Virus record (IMG/VR): IMGVR_UViG_3300028797_000113
Reading direction: 5' to 3' (one strand)
Length of the DNA: 43,810 bases
Source of the DNA: a virus
Lineage: Duplodnaviria; Heunggongvirae; Uroviricota; Caudoviricetes
Part shown: piece after piece, positions 18,801 to 25,573 of the stretch
Layout of the letters: each line of letters starts with the position of its first letter
Position numbering within the stretch: position 1 is the stretch's first letter
Made by a program: the position numbers and the translations under genes
The notes under the pieces: generated by a model
Told to the model about the DNA's origin: nothing
Database searches by the model: none
The model's input: only the letters and a program-made list of their open reading frames with translations

Positions 18801-20754
18801 TTTGATTTAACACGTGAGTAGGACCAAGAAGTTCATTGGCCAACAATCTCATCTCTGCGATCATTCGTTCTTCGACATCAATTAACTTTAAGGTGTCTTG
18901 CTTAACATCTATTTTTAATTTGTCGATGGTTGCCTGATTCATGTCGATGCGGCCAATGGAAATATGCAAATCTTCCAGCTTGTCTAACGCCCCTTGAACT
19001 ATGTCGTGCAAACTTTCCACGTTCACTTCGGTGTTACCAACATTGAGATTAAACTGCATCTCTTCCATAATTTTTGGAATCTTATTCAGTTCCTGAATAA
19101 ACGCAGCAATATGTTGAGATAAAATATCTCCGGGAACTTCCACTACCTTTGCGGCTTCTCTTTTTGCCTTTTGAATTTCATCGAATTTCGCGCCGACATC
19201 TCCCAGACCAGTAGTAAATTTCTTAAGTTTAGCAGGGTCTTCGCTGGCAGTTAACTGATTAATTGCCTCTACCATCTTCTCTACAGACTTGATAGACGTC
19301 TTCGTAGTGCCGCCAATGGCCTCCATAATGTCATTAAAATACTCATACTGCTTAAAAGTATCTGCCGTCAAATTGCCGTTTCTGGACATTTCAAGAAGGT
19401 CACTTCTAACCTTCGCCCAAGACGGCGCAACTTCCGACATTTTCTTTTTAATGTCGTCGACTTCTTTCTCAACGTGCGCTTTATCTATCGCGTCTTTCTT
19501 AATGGCAATATTTCCGATAGGAAGCGTCAAGGTTCCCATCGCGTTAAGTTCCTTTTGTACTTGCTCAGGACTAATCTTAACATTGACATTAACGGGCTGA
19601 GCCTCTAATTCTTTCTTGATATTAGCGATGGCGTCCTTACTGCCTTCTTGCAATTTCTCAATGTTAGACTTAACGGGAACTTCAATGGGCTTTCTTTTTT
19701 TCTTATTTAACTTGTCTACTATTTCCTCTATTTGAGCTGTTAATTTGGCTTCTTGCCCTTCGGCAACATCGAGGTCCATTTCGACAGTAGTCTTTTTGCC
19801 CTTGCGATAAAGAGTTGCCTTTATTCCATCGAGAACGCTAATAAATTGTTTAGTGTCTCCAGCGCTTGCCTGAAGGTTAGACAATTCTTCTTTGAGAGTG
19901 GCCTCCAACTGCTTAAAGATAGCGTTGTATTCGTACTCCCCAGTCTTTTTGTTCTTTTCGTATAAGGCATCACCTAAGTTTCGGAATTTTTCATCGGCAA
20001 TGTCGGTAATTCTTTCAGCAAAATTATCATCTTTATCTTCTGCCATATCCTTATAGCGAGTAAGAATTTCAAGCAACTCTCTATTAATTGCCAATTTGTC
20101 CGAACCGTCTTTTTCTTGTAGAGCATGGAGTTCGTCAATACGCATAGACATCTTGGACAACATAGACTCCATGTCTGCGTCAGACATTTTTCTCATATCT
20201 TCAGTTACAGACGTCTGTTTGCCAAGGAGGTTCTCCAACTGCTTGATTTTTGCCTTGTCTACTTTCTGCAACCCTTTCGGAGCAACGTCAACGGGAGCAG
20301 AAAGCGTCTGTCTATATGTATTGGCAAGGTCGATTAAAGAATTAAATCCTTCCTCAACTTTCCCGATTTGTTCAAGAATACCGTTAAAGGTCTTCTCGTC
20401 GTTCATTTTATTAACGGCGGTATCTATTCTTTCCATCGTAGCATCAATCTTGGCGTTTTCGGTTGCCAGACTATGTGTCAAGGTAGATACTGCCTTTTTA
20501 ACTTCTTCGATTTTCTTTTCCATCGAAGATATTTCGTCATTCTTAACTTTTTTGGGTTCTGCGCCAAACACTTTTTGCAAATCAGTTAAAGCCTCTTTCA
20601 GAGAGTTTGCCTGATCTGCCAGCGTAGCAAATTGTGTTTCAAGTCCTTCGGCCAGTTTTACTTGTTGGGCCTGTTCTTGTAATTTTTCAAGTTCCCGAAT
20701 AATATCCTTAATTCCAGAAGCCTTGAAATCTATACCAACTTGTCTGTTTCTCAT
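9883..20754 (-). CDS. Giant tape measure protein (3623 aa), TP901/SPbeta YomI-type core, with an embedded JAB/MPN+ domain
   Basis: Helical, coiled-coil rich. TMP core from about aa 1655 (ELDTALTEMRKVS...STADWLRLG...NNIGNNYSIATDQLATALQASSAAL...VGTGIRTISLRI), hydrophobic segments, and a C-terminal YSGTDSAPSGDALVGELKPEIV...GEKVFN motif. RBS CGGAGG. Confidence 0.92.
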   Translation of the reverse strand: MRNRQVGIDFKASGIKDIIRELEKLQEQAQQVKLAEGLETQFATLADQANSLKEALTDLQKVFGAEPKKVKNDEISSMEKKIEEVKKAVSTLTHSLATENAKIDATMERIDTAVNKMNDEKTFNGILEQIGKVEEGFNSLIDLANTYRQTLSAPVDVAPKGLQKVDKAKIKQLENLLGKQTSVTEDMRKMSDADMESMLSKMSMRIDELHALQEKDGSDKLAINRELLEILTRYKDMAEDKDDNFAERITDIADEKFRNLGDALYEKNKKTGEYEYNAIFKQLEATLKEELSNLQASAGDTKQFISVLDGIKATLYRKGKKTTVEMDLDVAEGQEAKLTAQIEEIVDKLNKKKRKPIEVPVKSNIEKLQEGSKDAIANIKKELEAQPVNVNVKISPEQVQKELNAMGTLTLPIGNIAIKKDAIDKAHVEKEVDDIKKKMSEVAPSWAKVRSDLLEMSRNGNLTADTFKQYEYFNDIMEAIGGTTKTSIKSVEKMVEAINQLTASEDPAKLKKFTTGLGDVGAKFDEIQKAKREAAKVVEVPGDILSQHIAAFIQELNKIPKIMEEMQFNLNVGNTEVNVESLHDIVQGALDKLEDLHISIGRIDMNQATIDKLKIDVKQDTLKLIDVEERMIAEMRLLANELLGPTHVLNQNGEMQPVLPQTGLQKAFRALDELGKFINLMVTQYDLLGRLSANTDKQTATTEVPLDKFTENISIATVALDEMANAVKKCNDQLSGKVEEPQPQEKTTKEKFQEYVNKRRKVTQEKADQHTPEEPINIIKNDVADIARDVKQIANTSNPLTSGSEMSKNIADMIKSGIIAGNTKIEKDSETDNPITAVEKNALLRIAKEMGSQASYDRERTMFANSKTGQATPSGVTGLAGSISAELLNSLTDYFKGNDYNVAGHWHPSRYAVPSHGDMQTFYGMMDEGVSKQFIASQNQISVLNMNIAKRNKQFFKDVMTYYAQMEVDEAALQKEFPDLNRLDRTQIGLQRNLEQAWKEISDVYTAEGKKAPKFKSWMKTLDFDDIRNVPLSDIDKLFGLKSGKSTGTVEQLLGNINRNVGIIANAVVKGETVQGGGDVGGKTAQEGYQVATGNNKEPRDKYAALLSEFKNSKYKTLKNFAKSKGLNDEGYQKLEQKALQKGVIKIADTQGYKDYKKDIEAQEKAAKKQYEADLSAYKDTVQAKESLAEKQYQASANAYKKSVEQQEAVANQQWEEGKRRYKENIEAQEELAKQQYEAIEAEKRAQEDIDYYVEGDKRRVAEENYQATHDALKAEGEAQAQAIIKANEDYTNWWTKALDERDAKEQQERESYVAWWEKSLNEREAAERNSLARQQKLEAQKKQQERDSYVSWWEKSLNDRDVSERQASAKAKQKEIEDRKKAEESYIAWWEDALNKRDVAERKASQKADEDRFKRINSMATSTANVLENTDLLASSRASAEAFLENLQEIQAQGKVDAVTFDSIEAEFKQINAEIQTSIAAQREMNALAKDLETIESSKVRGKDRNVYMPEYLEKVARAKAMIQNRQANGEYLTNDELTYINAVRSESRNPSGAILTGDKSVLQRNITKAEKMLATNYMPGDLQNQLKDVVAQMRNLEGQTDVSKESIDRLTEAFRKVEMEAARAGKTFLGQVGQRLKDMNAKFIATYFSFMDIIRYMRSMISTITELDTALTEMRKVSDESLKTLKEYQKTTFDTAGALGTTAVQLQQSTADWLRLGESLDEASKSAKAATTLFNVSEFENINQATEALVSMSQAYKDLDKTEIIDVLNNIGNNYSIATDQLATALQASSAALVTQGNDLYEAAALVTAGNAIIQDANKVGTGIRTISLRIAGVKEGDDDIRQELEELGEEVDDWVVSTEAKKRKVIMDYTKVASNNGQGVDILDSNGNLKNTYTILLEISKIYKEIQEEDKKYGTNRAKGLVEELAGKVRSNIAASILMNPELLENVYNSAIDSAGSAAEENAKYLDSIVGKTQQFKNELQELEQNALDSELIKDTIDLGTALLSIFNGLGDALPKVIALLGSAALGVANFNKETVKFITYTGDAQTGGLAGKGLFRGLAKFAGVGAGNPWMGIDFNEALSADMSRIYANATFQEKVLSQYEGAIPTKAIDEFIEKHGDLDGAINQSSKVLLTKGITSEKEYGIAVENASAQVQRAEGQVKAFNAVMASISTIAVIAAISIAVAGIRKLMKYTSELEQKAIEASSKIKEITDELKDNDKYIKDVADEYVRLSKEVDDLGNNVSLSADEFARYNEISNEIADRMPEMVTGWTNEGNAIIDVKDSVEGLTAAYREYRRARLEEAADPKNVQANADVLNNYLNPKWHQRAISAVKMVVQKGGLRQAYSSPEVLGYDNIKAGTNTIWDQILNTSYDDFTMQMRDYPLRGYLVDFLLAKSFSDVLAYMMRGNTELLKGNKQFQGISQYTTVDMSEGYKTEISESAYAQLQKEAIMIQDNNRRKLQEYLNNYTQSVVATLDFNIEIGDIELSDNQHTIAQSVIGHVSDEFKQEMASDEVMMNAFTNEVIKWTEGVDEDLLSKLYGDKSKDTNYRETYRELGDAYNTLVGQVWDQLGEDATDEERQHAQEFLQAVKKASGLEDYAKLDDEFNQEIRKILDNGTIDTKKQELEDKIKDYSANNMQLVLDAIDSSMNPTEAIEAIDKAFATAQQNAKVRGLGELLSSNGMAGYSTTWQEVKDELVGLAQAGKLDETTLKEYDFYNKMIEELGLSAEEADEALSGMIDTINSMSQQNAVDVLNSYKNGVDNLADAYEKFQNGEFIDASTLSSIQDAFGDLDSYKEFEQAVMSGEKDLQHYFDDIVTEYAIQQSALSELTQENKEWVKQQLIASGITKESAEESVEAALKNKEAIEGEIRSTLQLMNAEVQEKKGRDDLVVSTENLDKLTAEEIVLLMQEADLSGKSAQAVAAFALKKELAKDASLRNEDDIEYLMELIKLAGIGGAQVSKLKYLMENQQNFEEKKKVADAQMSSFVARYGNDSRIWGKNPAAVAEWNSITAAQELANDALGQVGVISDEVIKQINDQFDLDYTMDLNLDYGGAIDSAKDAGSEAGEAFKEALDKILAMYDAELDAGVISFQTHVDKSRAIIEQYYRDGKIKAQDYYDELASLYEKQVQQYDKVISAVQKRFQDETDALEKQKETIENSYNEQIEVIQKKIDALQDENDEIDRNLELSKAQYELARAQNQRTKLMYSESRGFYYAADLQGISDAEDNLRKARTNKQVAEYEKQIKSLQDAMESETKSIDDQIKKLNEYSEAWGKVSSKLEEAQNNLRATEILGPDWETNIMNGLSLLESFTEQYVTAQQLQKQAYLDARTAEANNPVNPSGGGTVNTSGGTGGTGGTGGTGGTDGNGGGNTPTGHSNGNVGNSNITPGKLAEKRAETKQPENKYEFNGTKYPTIGLANDARNKYIEAEGQKAYDQAMKASIPDATAKQKNAEKARENAEHEASKKLIKALYSGTDSAPSGDALVGELKPEIVLHNDGTASIVDKPTLMKMEGGEKVFNGDETEKILKSKYVPMKQFNPKKFAMLHAFASGTSSPLQNAIAAQAVGIASGIKSGQIAVAPAGGQTINQTFNVTLPNITDASKANDLFREFEQLSRRATQYFN
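10600..10745 (-). repeat. Gly/Thr/Asn low-complexity tract (GGT)n near the TMP C-terminus
   Basis: PSGGGTVNTSGGTGGTGGTGGTGGTDGNGGGNTPTGHSNG. Confidence 0.85.
16530..16890 (-). repeat. Four WW-containing repeats in the TMP (consensus ESYxxWWEKxLNxRD)
   Basis: Four copies in the translation; an exact 23-bp direct repeat at 16676-16698 and 16787-16809 (111 nt = 37 aa apart). Confidence 0.9.
17026..17289 (-). repeat. Four 22-aa helical repeats in the TMP (YKxxxExQExxAxxQYExxxxx)
   Basis: YKKDIEAQEKAAKKQYEADLSA / YKDTVQAKESLAEKQYQASANA / YKKSVEQQEAVANQQWEEGKRR / YKENIEAQEELAKQQYEAIEAE. Confidence 0.85.
17790..18250 (-). other. JAB/MPN+ (JAMM, RadC-like) metalloprotease domain inside the TMP
   Basis: HWHPSRYAVPSHGD (18001-18042) fits H-x-H-x7-S-x2-D exactly, with an upstream Glu (ERTMF, 18178-18180). 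Domain boundaries are approximate. Confidence 0.75.
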
Positions 20755-20766
20755 ATTTACCTCCGA

Positions 20767-21264
20767 TTATAGTACGTTATATTGTTCCGCGTTCGCCAAG
20801 ATAATTGCCTTATGCAAAATCGGTTCTGGGGAAGACGCGATTTGTCGTTGTCGTTCTTCAATAATTTCGATAGGAGAAGGTTTCGTAATACGATAAGGAG
20901 CCGACGGTCTGAAATCAAGCTGATTCCAAGCATCCAAACCGTGAAAACCTTCCTCCATGACCAGTTCGAAAATAAATTCTGTACTTCCTCTGTAAATATC
21001 ATCCATGTAGTCGGGAGACAGAATTATTCCACCAGTAAATGTTCTATCGTGGTTGTTTTTATAATATTTTTTGAAACTCTTTTTTTCGAAATTGTAATAA
21101 TGCCTGTGGTATTCAATAGGTTCATAATCATTATAAAACGCTTCTACCGCTTCATATGCGGTTCGTGCTAAATCTTCGCGCGTTTCAATTGCCGCATATC
21201 TGGAAACATTGGCGGCATATTTAACCACGTCTTTTTTGAGTTCATCAAAAATATCATTAGCCAT
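20767..21264 (-). CDS. Hypothetical virion/tail-completion protein (165 aa)
   Basis: Start moved from the ORF-track 21324, which lies inside the tRNA-like RNA, to MANDIF (21264) with RBS AAAGGAGA. FYNDYEPIEYHR motif; directly precedes the TMP. Confidence 0.6.
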   Translation of the reverse strand: MANDIFDELKKDVVKYAANVSRYAAIETREDLARTAYEAVEAFYNDYEPIEYHRHYYNFEKKSFKKYYKNNHDRTFTGGIILSPDYMDDIYRGSTEFIFELVMEEGFHGLDAWNQLDFRPSAPYRITKPSPIEIIEERQRQIASSPEPILHKAIILANAEQYNVL

Positions 21265-21295
21265 AATTCTTTCTCCTTTCTTGTAAAATTTAAAA

Positions 21296-21409
21296 TTGCG
21301 TGGGCGAGGATTTACACCTCGCATGATTTAACAGCGCATCATTCTCACACTCATTACGGCGAGCCACCTACTGTGTTTTGTTAGCGTCTACTTATTCCGC
21401 CACCACGCC
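21296..21409 (-). ncRNA. tRNA-like RNA with a 45-nt insert replacing the anticodon loop
   Basis: Minus strand GGCGTGG TG GCGG-AATAAGTAG-ACGC TAACA [45 nt] TGTTA AATCAT GCGAGG-TGTAAAT-CCTCGC CCACGC AA. It has a Leu/Ser-type D arm, a 6-bp T stem with a 7-nt loop, a 6-bp acceptor stem and no CCA. Confidence 0.75.
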
Positions 21410-21417
21410 AGAGAGCA

Positions 21418-22032
21418 TTACTCCTGAGATGCTCCCACAAATTGTTTAATTGAACTCGCTAAGCCTTTTTTCTCTTCTTCGGGCACAATTTCTTTCATAA
21501 CGGCAGCAGTCTCTGCAAACGTCCTAACTGCCTTATCTACTAACTCAGAAATGTAAGCCCGGCTCGACGAGTGTTCATCGTGCCACGTATCAAGCACTCT
21601 GTTATTTACGAGAATGAGTTCGTTAATTTCTCTTTCTCCAATTAAATCACAGAACACACTGATAATGTCATATTGCTGGAACTGGTCATATAGCCCTATT
21701 ACATCCTGTCTTTTCTTAGTGATAGGTTGTCCCTTGTCATCCAACTTAACATTGCCGTTCTCGTCTTTGACTTCATCAATAGCGATGTCAAGTTGCAAAT
21801 CCGTATAAAGACAAACGATGGCCCAAGTAAAATTAATTTTGTTGGCGATCATATCAATGTATGAAATACCATTGTCTCCAACCTTTACACAACCATACAC
21901 GAATCTCGTAAGTACGGCATTCTTCTCCCCGATGGGAGCATACGTCTTAATTAAATGCTTTTGACACCAGTCCTTTTGAGCTTCGGGCTTATGAAGATTA
22001 TTAAAGCCCTGTACAAATTCGCTTACTAACAT
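21418..22032 (-). CDS. Hypothetical protein (possible tail assembly chaperone)
   Basis: Acidic helical 204 aa, good RBS GAAGGAG, upstream of the TMP; function inferred only from position. Confidence 0.45.
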   Translation of the reverse strand: MLVSEFVQGFNNLHKPEAQKDWCQKHLIKTYAPIGEKNAVLTRFVYGCVKVGDNGISYIDMIANKINFTWAIVCLYTDLQLDIAIDEVKDENGNVKLDDKGQPITKKRQDVIGLYDQFQQYDIISVFCDLIGEREINELILVNNRVLDTWHDEHSSSRAYISELVDKAVRTFAETAAVMKEIVPEEEKKGLASSIKQFVGASQE

Positions 22033-22508
22033 ATTTGATTCTCCTTCTTTTCCTTTAACTGCTGACGCAGTTTTCTTACTTCGTCGCTTAATTCGTGAAC
22101 AGCGTAAGTGTGTTGGCTTGCACGAATGTTCGCGTCCTTTTCTATTTCTTTATCGCTATCCTTCACAACAAGAACATCTCTCTTCCTGTCTTGAAAAGAT
22201 TTCTCATAATACATCTGCTCATCAACCACCGAATACCCGCAAACTCCTTGATACGGAATAATGCCTGAAGGAATGTCTCGACCGGGCATCCAAGCACAAA
22301 TATTATAAATCTTTTCCCAATAGTTATCCGTCAATGTCATTGTCACAACTTTTCTTGAAGGTCTAACACCATCCATTACTTCTATCGTTGCGATAATGTC
22401 CTGTCCTTGTTCGGGAAGATTTACACCGTCGGCAAACTGGACTACGGTATGATAACCGCAGTCCGTCGCACGTATGGATTTCTCATATAAAATAGGTTCC
22501 CACGTCAT
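22026..22508 (-). CDS. Hypothetical protein, DUF551-like
   Basis: LPEQGQDIIATI...ICAWMP pattern resembles the DUF551 LP...VxAWMPLP motif; RBS AGGAG. Confidence 0.4.
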   Translation of the reverse strand: MTWEPILYEKSIRATDCGYHTVVQFADGVNLPEQGQDIIATIEVMDGVRPSRKVVTMTLTDNYWEKIYNICAWMPGRDIPSGIIPYQGVCGYSVVDEQMYYEKSFQDRKRDVLVVKDSDKEIEKDANIRASQHTYAVHELSDEVRKLRQQLKEKKENQIC

Positions 22509-22519
22509 CCTTGTTCTCC

Positions 22520-23617
22520 TTAATACATCGCAACACCAGTTTTAATATCGTTATCAATAATTTCCTGAGGAAGCGCTGCACGTATCTTCTTAAATTCTTC
22601 ATCCCCGCCATATTCCTCCGTTCTAACCTTGTTCATAAAGTCGAAGAAGGTGATTTCAGGAATGATGTCAATAAGGTCTTGCATTTTGCCAGTTCTCTGT
22701 ACGGTGTACATCTTCTGCAATACTTCATCTTCGATTTGTGACTCAATCTGTTTATAACACTCGTGATAGAACCTCTTCGCATTAAAGAAGTTCTGCTCAG
22801 CAAAGACGGGTTTTTTGGCCAAACACTCGATATAAGTAAAGTATTGACCGATCATAATCTCTGTTACAAATCGAATAAGAGCGCCATTGAACGGATTTTT
22901 CTTACGGCAGAACTTAACCGCGTTAATTGCCGCTACCGTTGCTCCCCACTGGCAAAGGTCAAAGTTGTACTGAGGTATTCCTTTGTCATCTATTCCCATA
23001 CGGGTAATTGAATGTTCAGAACCAGTCCTCCAGAAGTAAATAGGTGCTTCAATGACATTAATCTTTAAAGGACTTCCGTCTATTGACATACGTATCTTCC
23101 AGTTGAACTCGCCATCTTCCATAGCACGTAATTCAGAGAACTTAATATCCATCTGCTTAAGGAACTCTACTCTGTACATACGTCCAAATACCCAAGGATG
23201 AAACATATCGTTTCTGGGAACCGTCCTCACTCCCTTAGGATGATTGGTTATTTCCTGATAGAAGATGCCTTGAACTTCAACTACATCCGTTGCTATTCCA
23301 CCTTTTAAATATTCAAGAGAGAATGCAGTAAAGAAAACATCGTCCGCGTCTATCCAAGTAATCCACTCGGTCTTGCACGCGTCCGCACATCGCTGTCTTG
23401 CTAATCCCGGACCAGTATTCTTTTCACAATCCAAGATTGTAATATCAAGGTCGGGGAATCTCTCTTTAACGAAATCGTAGTTATCTGTCGGATTATCTTT
23501 CGCAATAATAACAGATACTTCGTCTTTAATTGTTTGTGTTTGAATTGATGCCAAGCAATCGCTAATGTGATTCTCAGCCTTATAAGCAGGTATTCCTACC
23601 GTTAACCATTTGCTCAT
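22520..23617 (-). CDS. Glycosyltransferase family 2 (GT-A fold)
   Basis: LTVGIPAYKAENHISDCLASI, NTGPGLARQ, WITWIDADD (DxD at 23339-23350), AMEDGEFN; RBS AAAGGAG. Confidence 0.92.
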   Translation of the reverse strand: MSKWLTVGIPAYKAENHISDCLASIQTQTIKDEVSVIIAKDNPTDNYDFVKERFPDLDITILDCEKNTGPGLARQRCADACKTEWITWIDADDVFFTAFSLEYLKGGIATDVVEVQGIFYQEITNHPKGVRTVPRNDMFHPWVFGRMYRVEFLKQMDIKFSELRAMEDGEFNWKIRMSIDGSPLKINVIEAPIYFWRTGSEHSITRMGIDDKGIPQYNFDLCQWGATVAAINAVKFCRKKNPFNGALIRFVTEIMIGQYFTYIECLAKKPVFAEQNFFNAKRFYHECYKQIESQIEDEVLQKMYTVQRTGKMQDLIDIIPEITFFDFMNKVRTEEYGGDEEFKKIRAALPQEIIDNDIKTGVAMY

Positions 23618-23638
23618 AAAAATGTCTCCTTTTTCTCA

Positions 23639-24070
23639 TCATATTTCCTCGATGTCAATTTCGGTTCGAGGGTTCTCTTTGTCATATCCAGCCTTATATG
23701 TTAACGACGTTAAATGATTTGAGTCATCATCAACCATAAACCCAGACTCTACAAAACCATCCAAAATAAATTTAGGCACTTGGTTGTCCAAATCGTGCCG
23801 ACGTCTTGTAGAAAAATATACCGTAAACGTAACTTCAAACTTTTCAAGAAGTTTATTCTGATACCCCATGTCATTTACCCACCAAACAACAAACTCTTTC
23901 CACTTCTGCTTAAGAGCATTCATCTGTGGTCTTTTCATAATAAACCAAATGTTTATTGATGGATGATAAGGATGTTCGATAGGAGGTTTACTTGCTCTGG
24001 GGTGTTGAGAAAAGTAATACGCGTTGTACCTATCAAGTACATCATTGTCTAATATTAACTTCATAGCCAT
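23639..24070 (-). CDS. rusA: RusA-family Holliday junction resolvase
   Basis: RRRHDLDNQVPKFILDGFVESGFMVDDD and C-terminal ENPRTEIDI match the RusA DxDN...K...D...DD pattern. Confidence 0.88.
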   Translation of the reverse strand: MAMKLILDNDVLDRYNAYYFSQHPRASKPPIEHPYHPSINIWFIMKRPQMNALKQKWKEFVVWWVNDMGYQNKLLEKFEVTFTVYFSTRRRHDLDNQVPKFILDGFVESGFMVDDDSNHLTSLTYKAGYDKENPRTEIDIEEI

Positions 24071-24085
24071 TACCTAAAGCAACTC

Positions 24086-24110
24086 AAAAGCCAGACATTG
24101 CATCTGGCTT
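24086..24110 (-). terminator. Probable intrinsic terminator after the endolysin
   Basis: AAGCCAGAT-GCAAT-GTCTGGCTT followed by further T residues on the minus strand. Confidence 0.6.
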
Positions 24111-24125
24111 AAGGCTGCATATTCA

Positions 24126-24962
24126 TTATTTTGTTAAAGCGCTCCATGTCTTCGGGCCTACTATTCCGTCTTTTTGGAGTTTGACACCGTTGGCGTCGAC
24201 ATTTTCACTCTGGAATTTTTCGACCGCAGCTTTGGTTTTCGGACCGAATTTACCGTCCACTTTCCCGCAATTATATCCCTTCTCGTTAAGGATAGACTGA
24301 AGAAGTTTTACATATTCACCAGTCGAACCTTTTTGCAATGTAGGATATTTCTTCTGAGGCGCAGGCTGTGCCGAATTAGGCGCCTTGTCTCCGTAACAAA
24401 TATCCATATCAACGACAGAAACAATACCATTGACTCTGCCTTTACTGGAATACTGCCACATAAACGGATCATATTTGCCTTTACTTGTTGCATAATAAGC
24501 CAGCCACAAAGGATATTCAGACACGTCGTTGAATTTATTCTTGAGATAATCGGGGTTGGCATAAATGCCTACGTTGTAACCGTAGCCACTCATAGTCTCA
24601 AGGAATTTCTTAACCCATGCCGTTCTCTGTGCTTTACTCAGACCGGGTTTATATTTATCAGAATCGTATTCCCAATCAGCCCAGACCTTTAAATTAATCT
24701 TGCTTCTGTAGGGTTCGATAGTTTCCTGACATTTCTTTGCGTTGAGAATAATGTCATTCTCGTTTTTCGCATATAAGAACCAGTAAACACCGATGCCAAG
24801 TCCCTGAGATATTGCGCCTTCGATATACGTTCTGAACATAGGATCGACATTTGTCTTTCCCCAGCCCGCTCTGATAATTACAAAAGTAACACCATCTGCC
24901 TTGACTTTTGCCCAGTCAATCTTGCCTTGGTAATTACTTACGTCAATGCCTTTAGATTCCAT
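24126..24962 (-). CDS. Endolysin: GH25 muramidase plus a C-terminal peptidoglycan-binding (PG_binding_1) domain
   Basis: GIDVSNYQGKIDW, VWADWEY, WQYSSKG (GH25); TLQKGSTGEYVKLLQ...DGKFGPKT...DGIVGPKTW (PGBD). Confidence 0.93.
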   Translation of the reverse strand: MESKGIDVSNYQGKIDWAKVKADGVTFVIIRAGWGKTNVDPMFRTYIEGAISQGLGIGVYWFLYAKNENDIILNAKKCQETIEPYRSKINLKVWADWEYDSDKYKPGLSKAQRTAWVKKFLETMSGYGYNVGIYANPDYLKNKFNDVSEYPLWLAYYATSKGKYDPFMWQYSSKGRVNGIVSVVDMDICYGDKAPNSAQPAPQKKYPTLQKGSTGEYVKLLQSILNEKGYNCGKVDGKFGPKTKAAVEKFQSENVDANGVKLQKDGIVGPKTWSALTK

Positions 24963-24963
24963 A

Positions 24964-25284
24964 TTATTCTCCTTTCTTAAAGAGTTGTTCTAAGGCCTGT
25001 TTTACCTTGTCATAGCCGTTGGTTGCACATAAGAAACCAAGGAATGCAAGAGCGATAGAACATACAAGATAAGAAGCACTAAATGGAATATTCTGGACAA
25101 TCGCATAACCAACGCTCAACGCAGCAGAAAGTACAATGGCAATAATGCTTGCGAGAGTGTTGTCAGGTAAACTCTTTTTATAATCTTTGAGGATTGCTTT
25201 AATCGCCTGTAATGTAAGAGAAGTAAAGAGCGATACTGCCAATAATCCCGTAAAGAAAACTCCACCGTATTGAATAATTTCCAT
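24964..25284 (-). CDS. Holin
   Basis: Three hydrophobic segments, charged C-terminus (YDKVKQALEQLFKKGE), immediately upstream of the endolysin. Confidence 0.8.
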   Translation of the reverse strand: MEIIQYGGVFFTGLLAVSLFTSLTLQAIKAILKDYKKSLPDNTLASIIAIVLSAALSVGYAIVQNIPFSASYLVCSIALAFLGFLCATNGYDKVKQALEQLFKKGE

Positions 25285-25286
25285 GG

Positions 25287-25511
25287 TTATTCTCCTTTCT
25301 TAAGCCATTCATCGTATAAGTCTTTCGTGTCTTCACGACTAAAGACAAATACGATTTTGGGTTCATTTGTTTCAAAATTTCTGGATATATAAATATCCAA
25401 TGGCTCTACGCCACTTGACCAATAGAAAGCGGCCTGTTTTGGATTTAAAACTCGGATACTTCCAGTGGTCTGATATTTCTTATTTCTGTATTCAGAAGTA
25501 ACTTCATTCAT
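25287..25511 (-). CDS. Small hypothetical protein (DUF5659-like)
   Basis: Start moved to MNEVT (25511) using the RBS GGAGAAAAAGGA; the ORF-track start overlaps the upstream terminator. IRVLNPKQAAFY...IVFVFSREDTKDLYDEW. Confidence 0.5.
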   Translation of the reverse strand: MNEVTSEYRNKKYQTTGSIRVLNPKQAAFYWSSGVEPLDIYISRNFETNEPKIVFVFSREDTKDLYDEWLKKGE

Positions 25512-25529
25512 ATCCTTTTTCTCCAAACT

Positions 25530-25564
25530 AAAAAAAGGGCACACATATTTATGTACGCGTACCC
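25530..25564 (-). terminator. Intrinsic terminator after the Zn-finger gene
   Basis: GGGTAC...GTGCCC stem with an inner ACATA/TATGT stem, followed by T7. Confidence 0.65.
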
Positions 25565-25573
25565 TATATTAAA

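Noticed and set aside
21265-21324. ORF-track N-terminal extension MRGVNPRPRNFKFYKKGERI
   Set aside because: It is the T arm and acceptor 3' strand of the tRNA-like RNA plus the RBS; the real start is 21264.
21296-21409. Interpretation as tmRNA or as an intron-containing tRNA
   Set aside because: There is no G3-U70 pair and no room for pseudoknots or a tag ORF. The GCT-AAC-AAA-ACA-CAG-TAG frame starts inside the D stem. The 45-nt insert is too short for a group I intron, and removing it at 37/38 does not restore a U33-containing anticodon loop.
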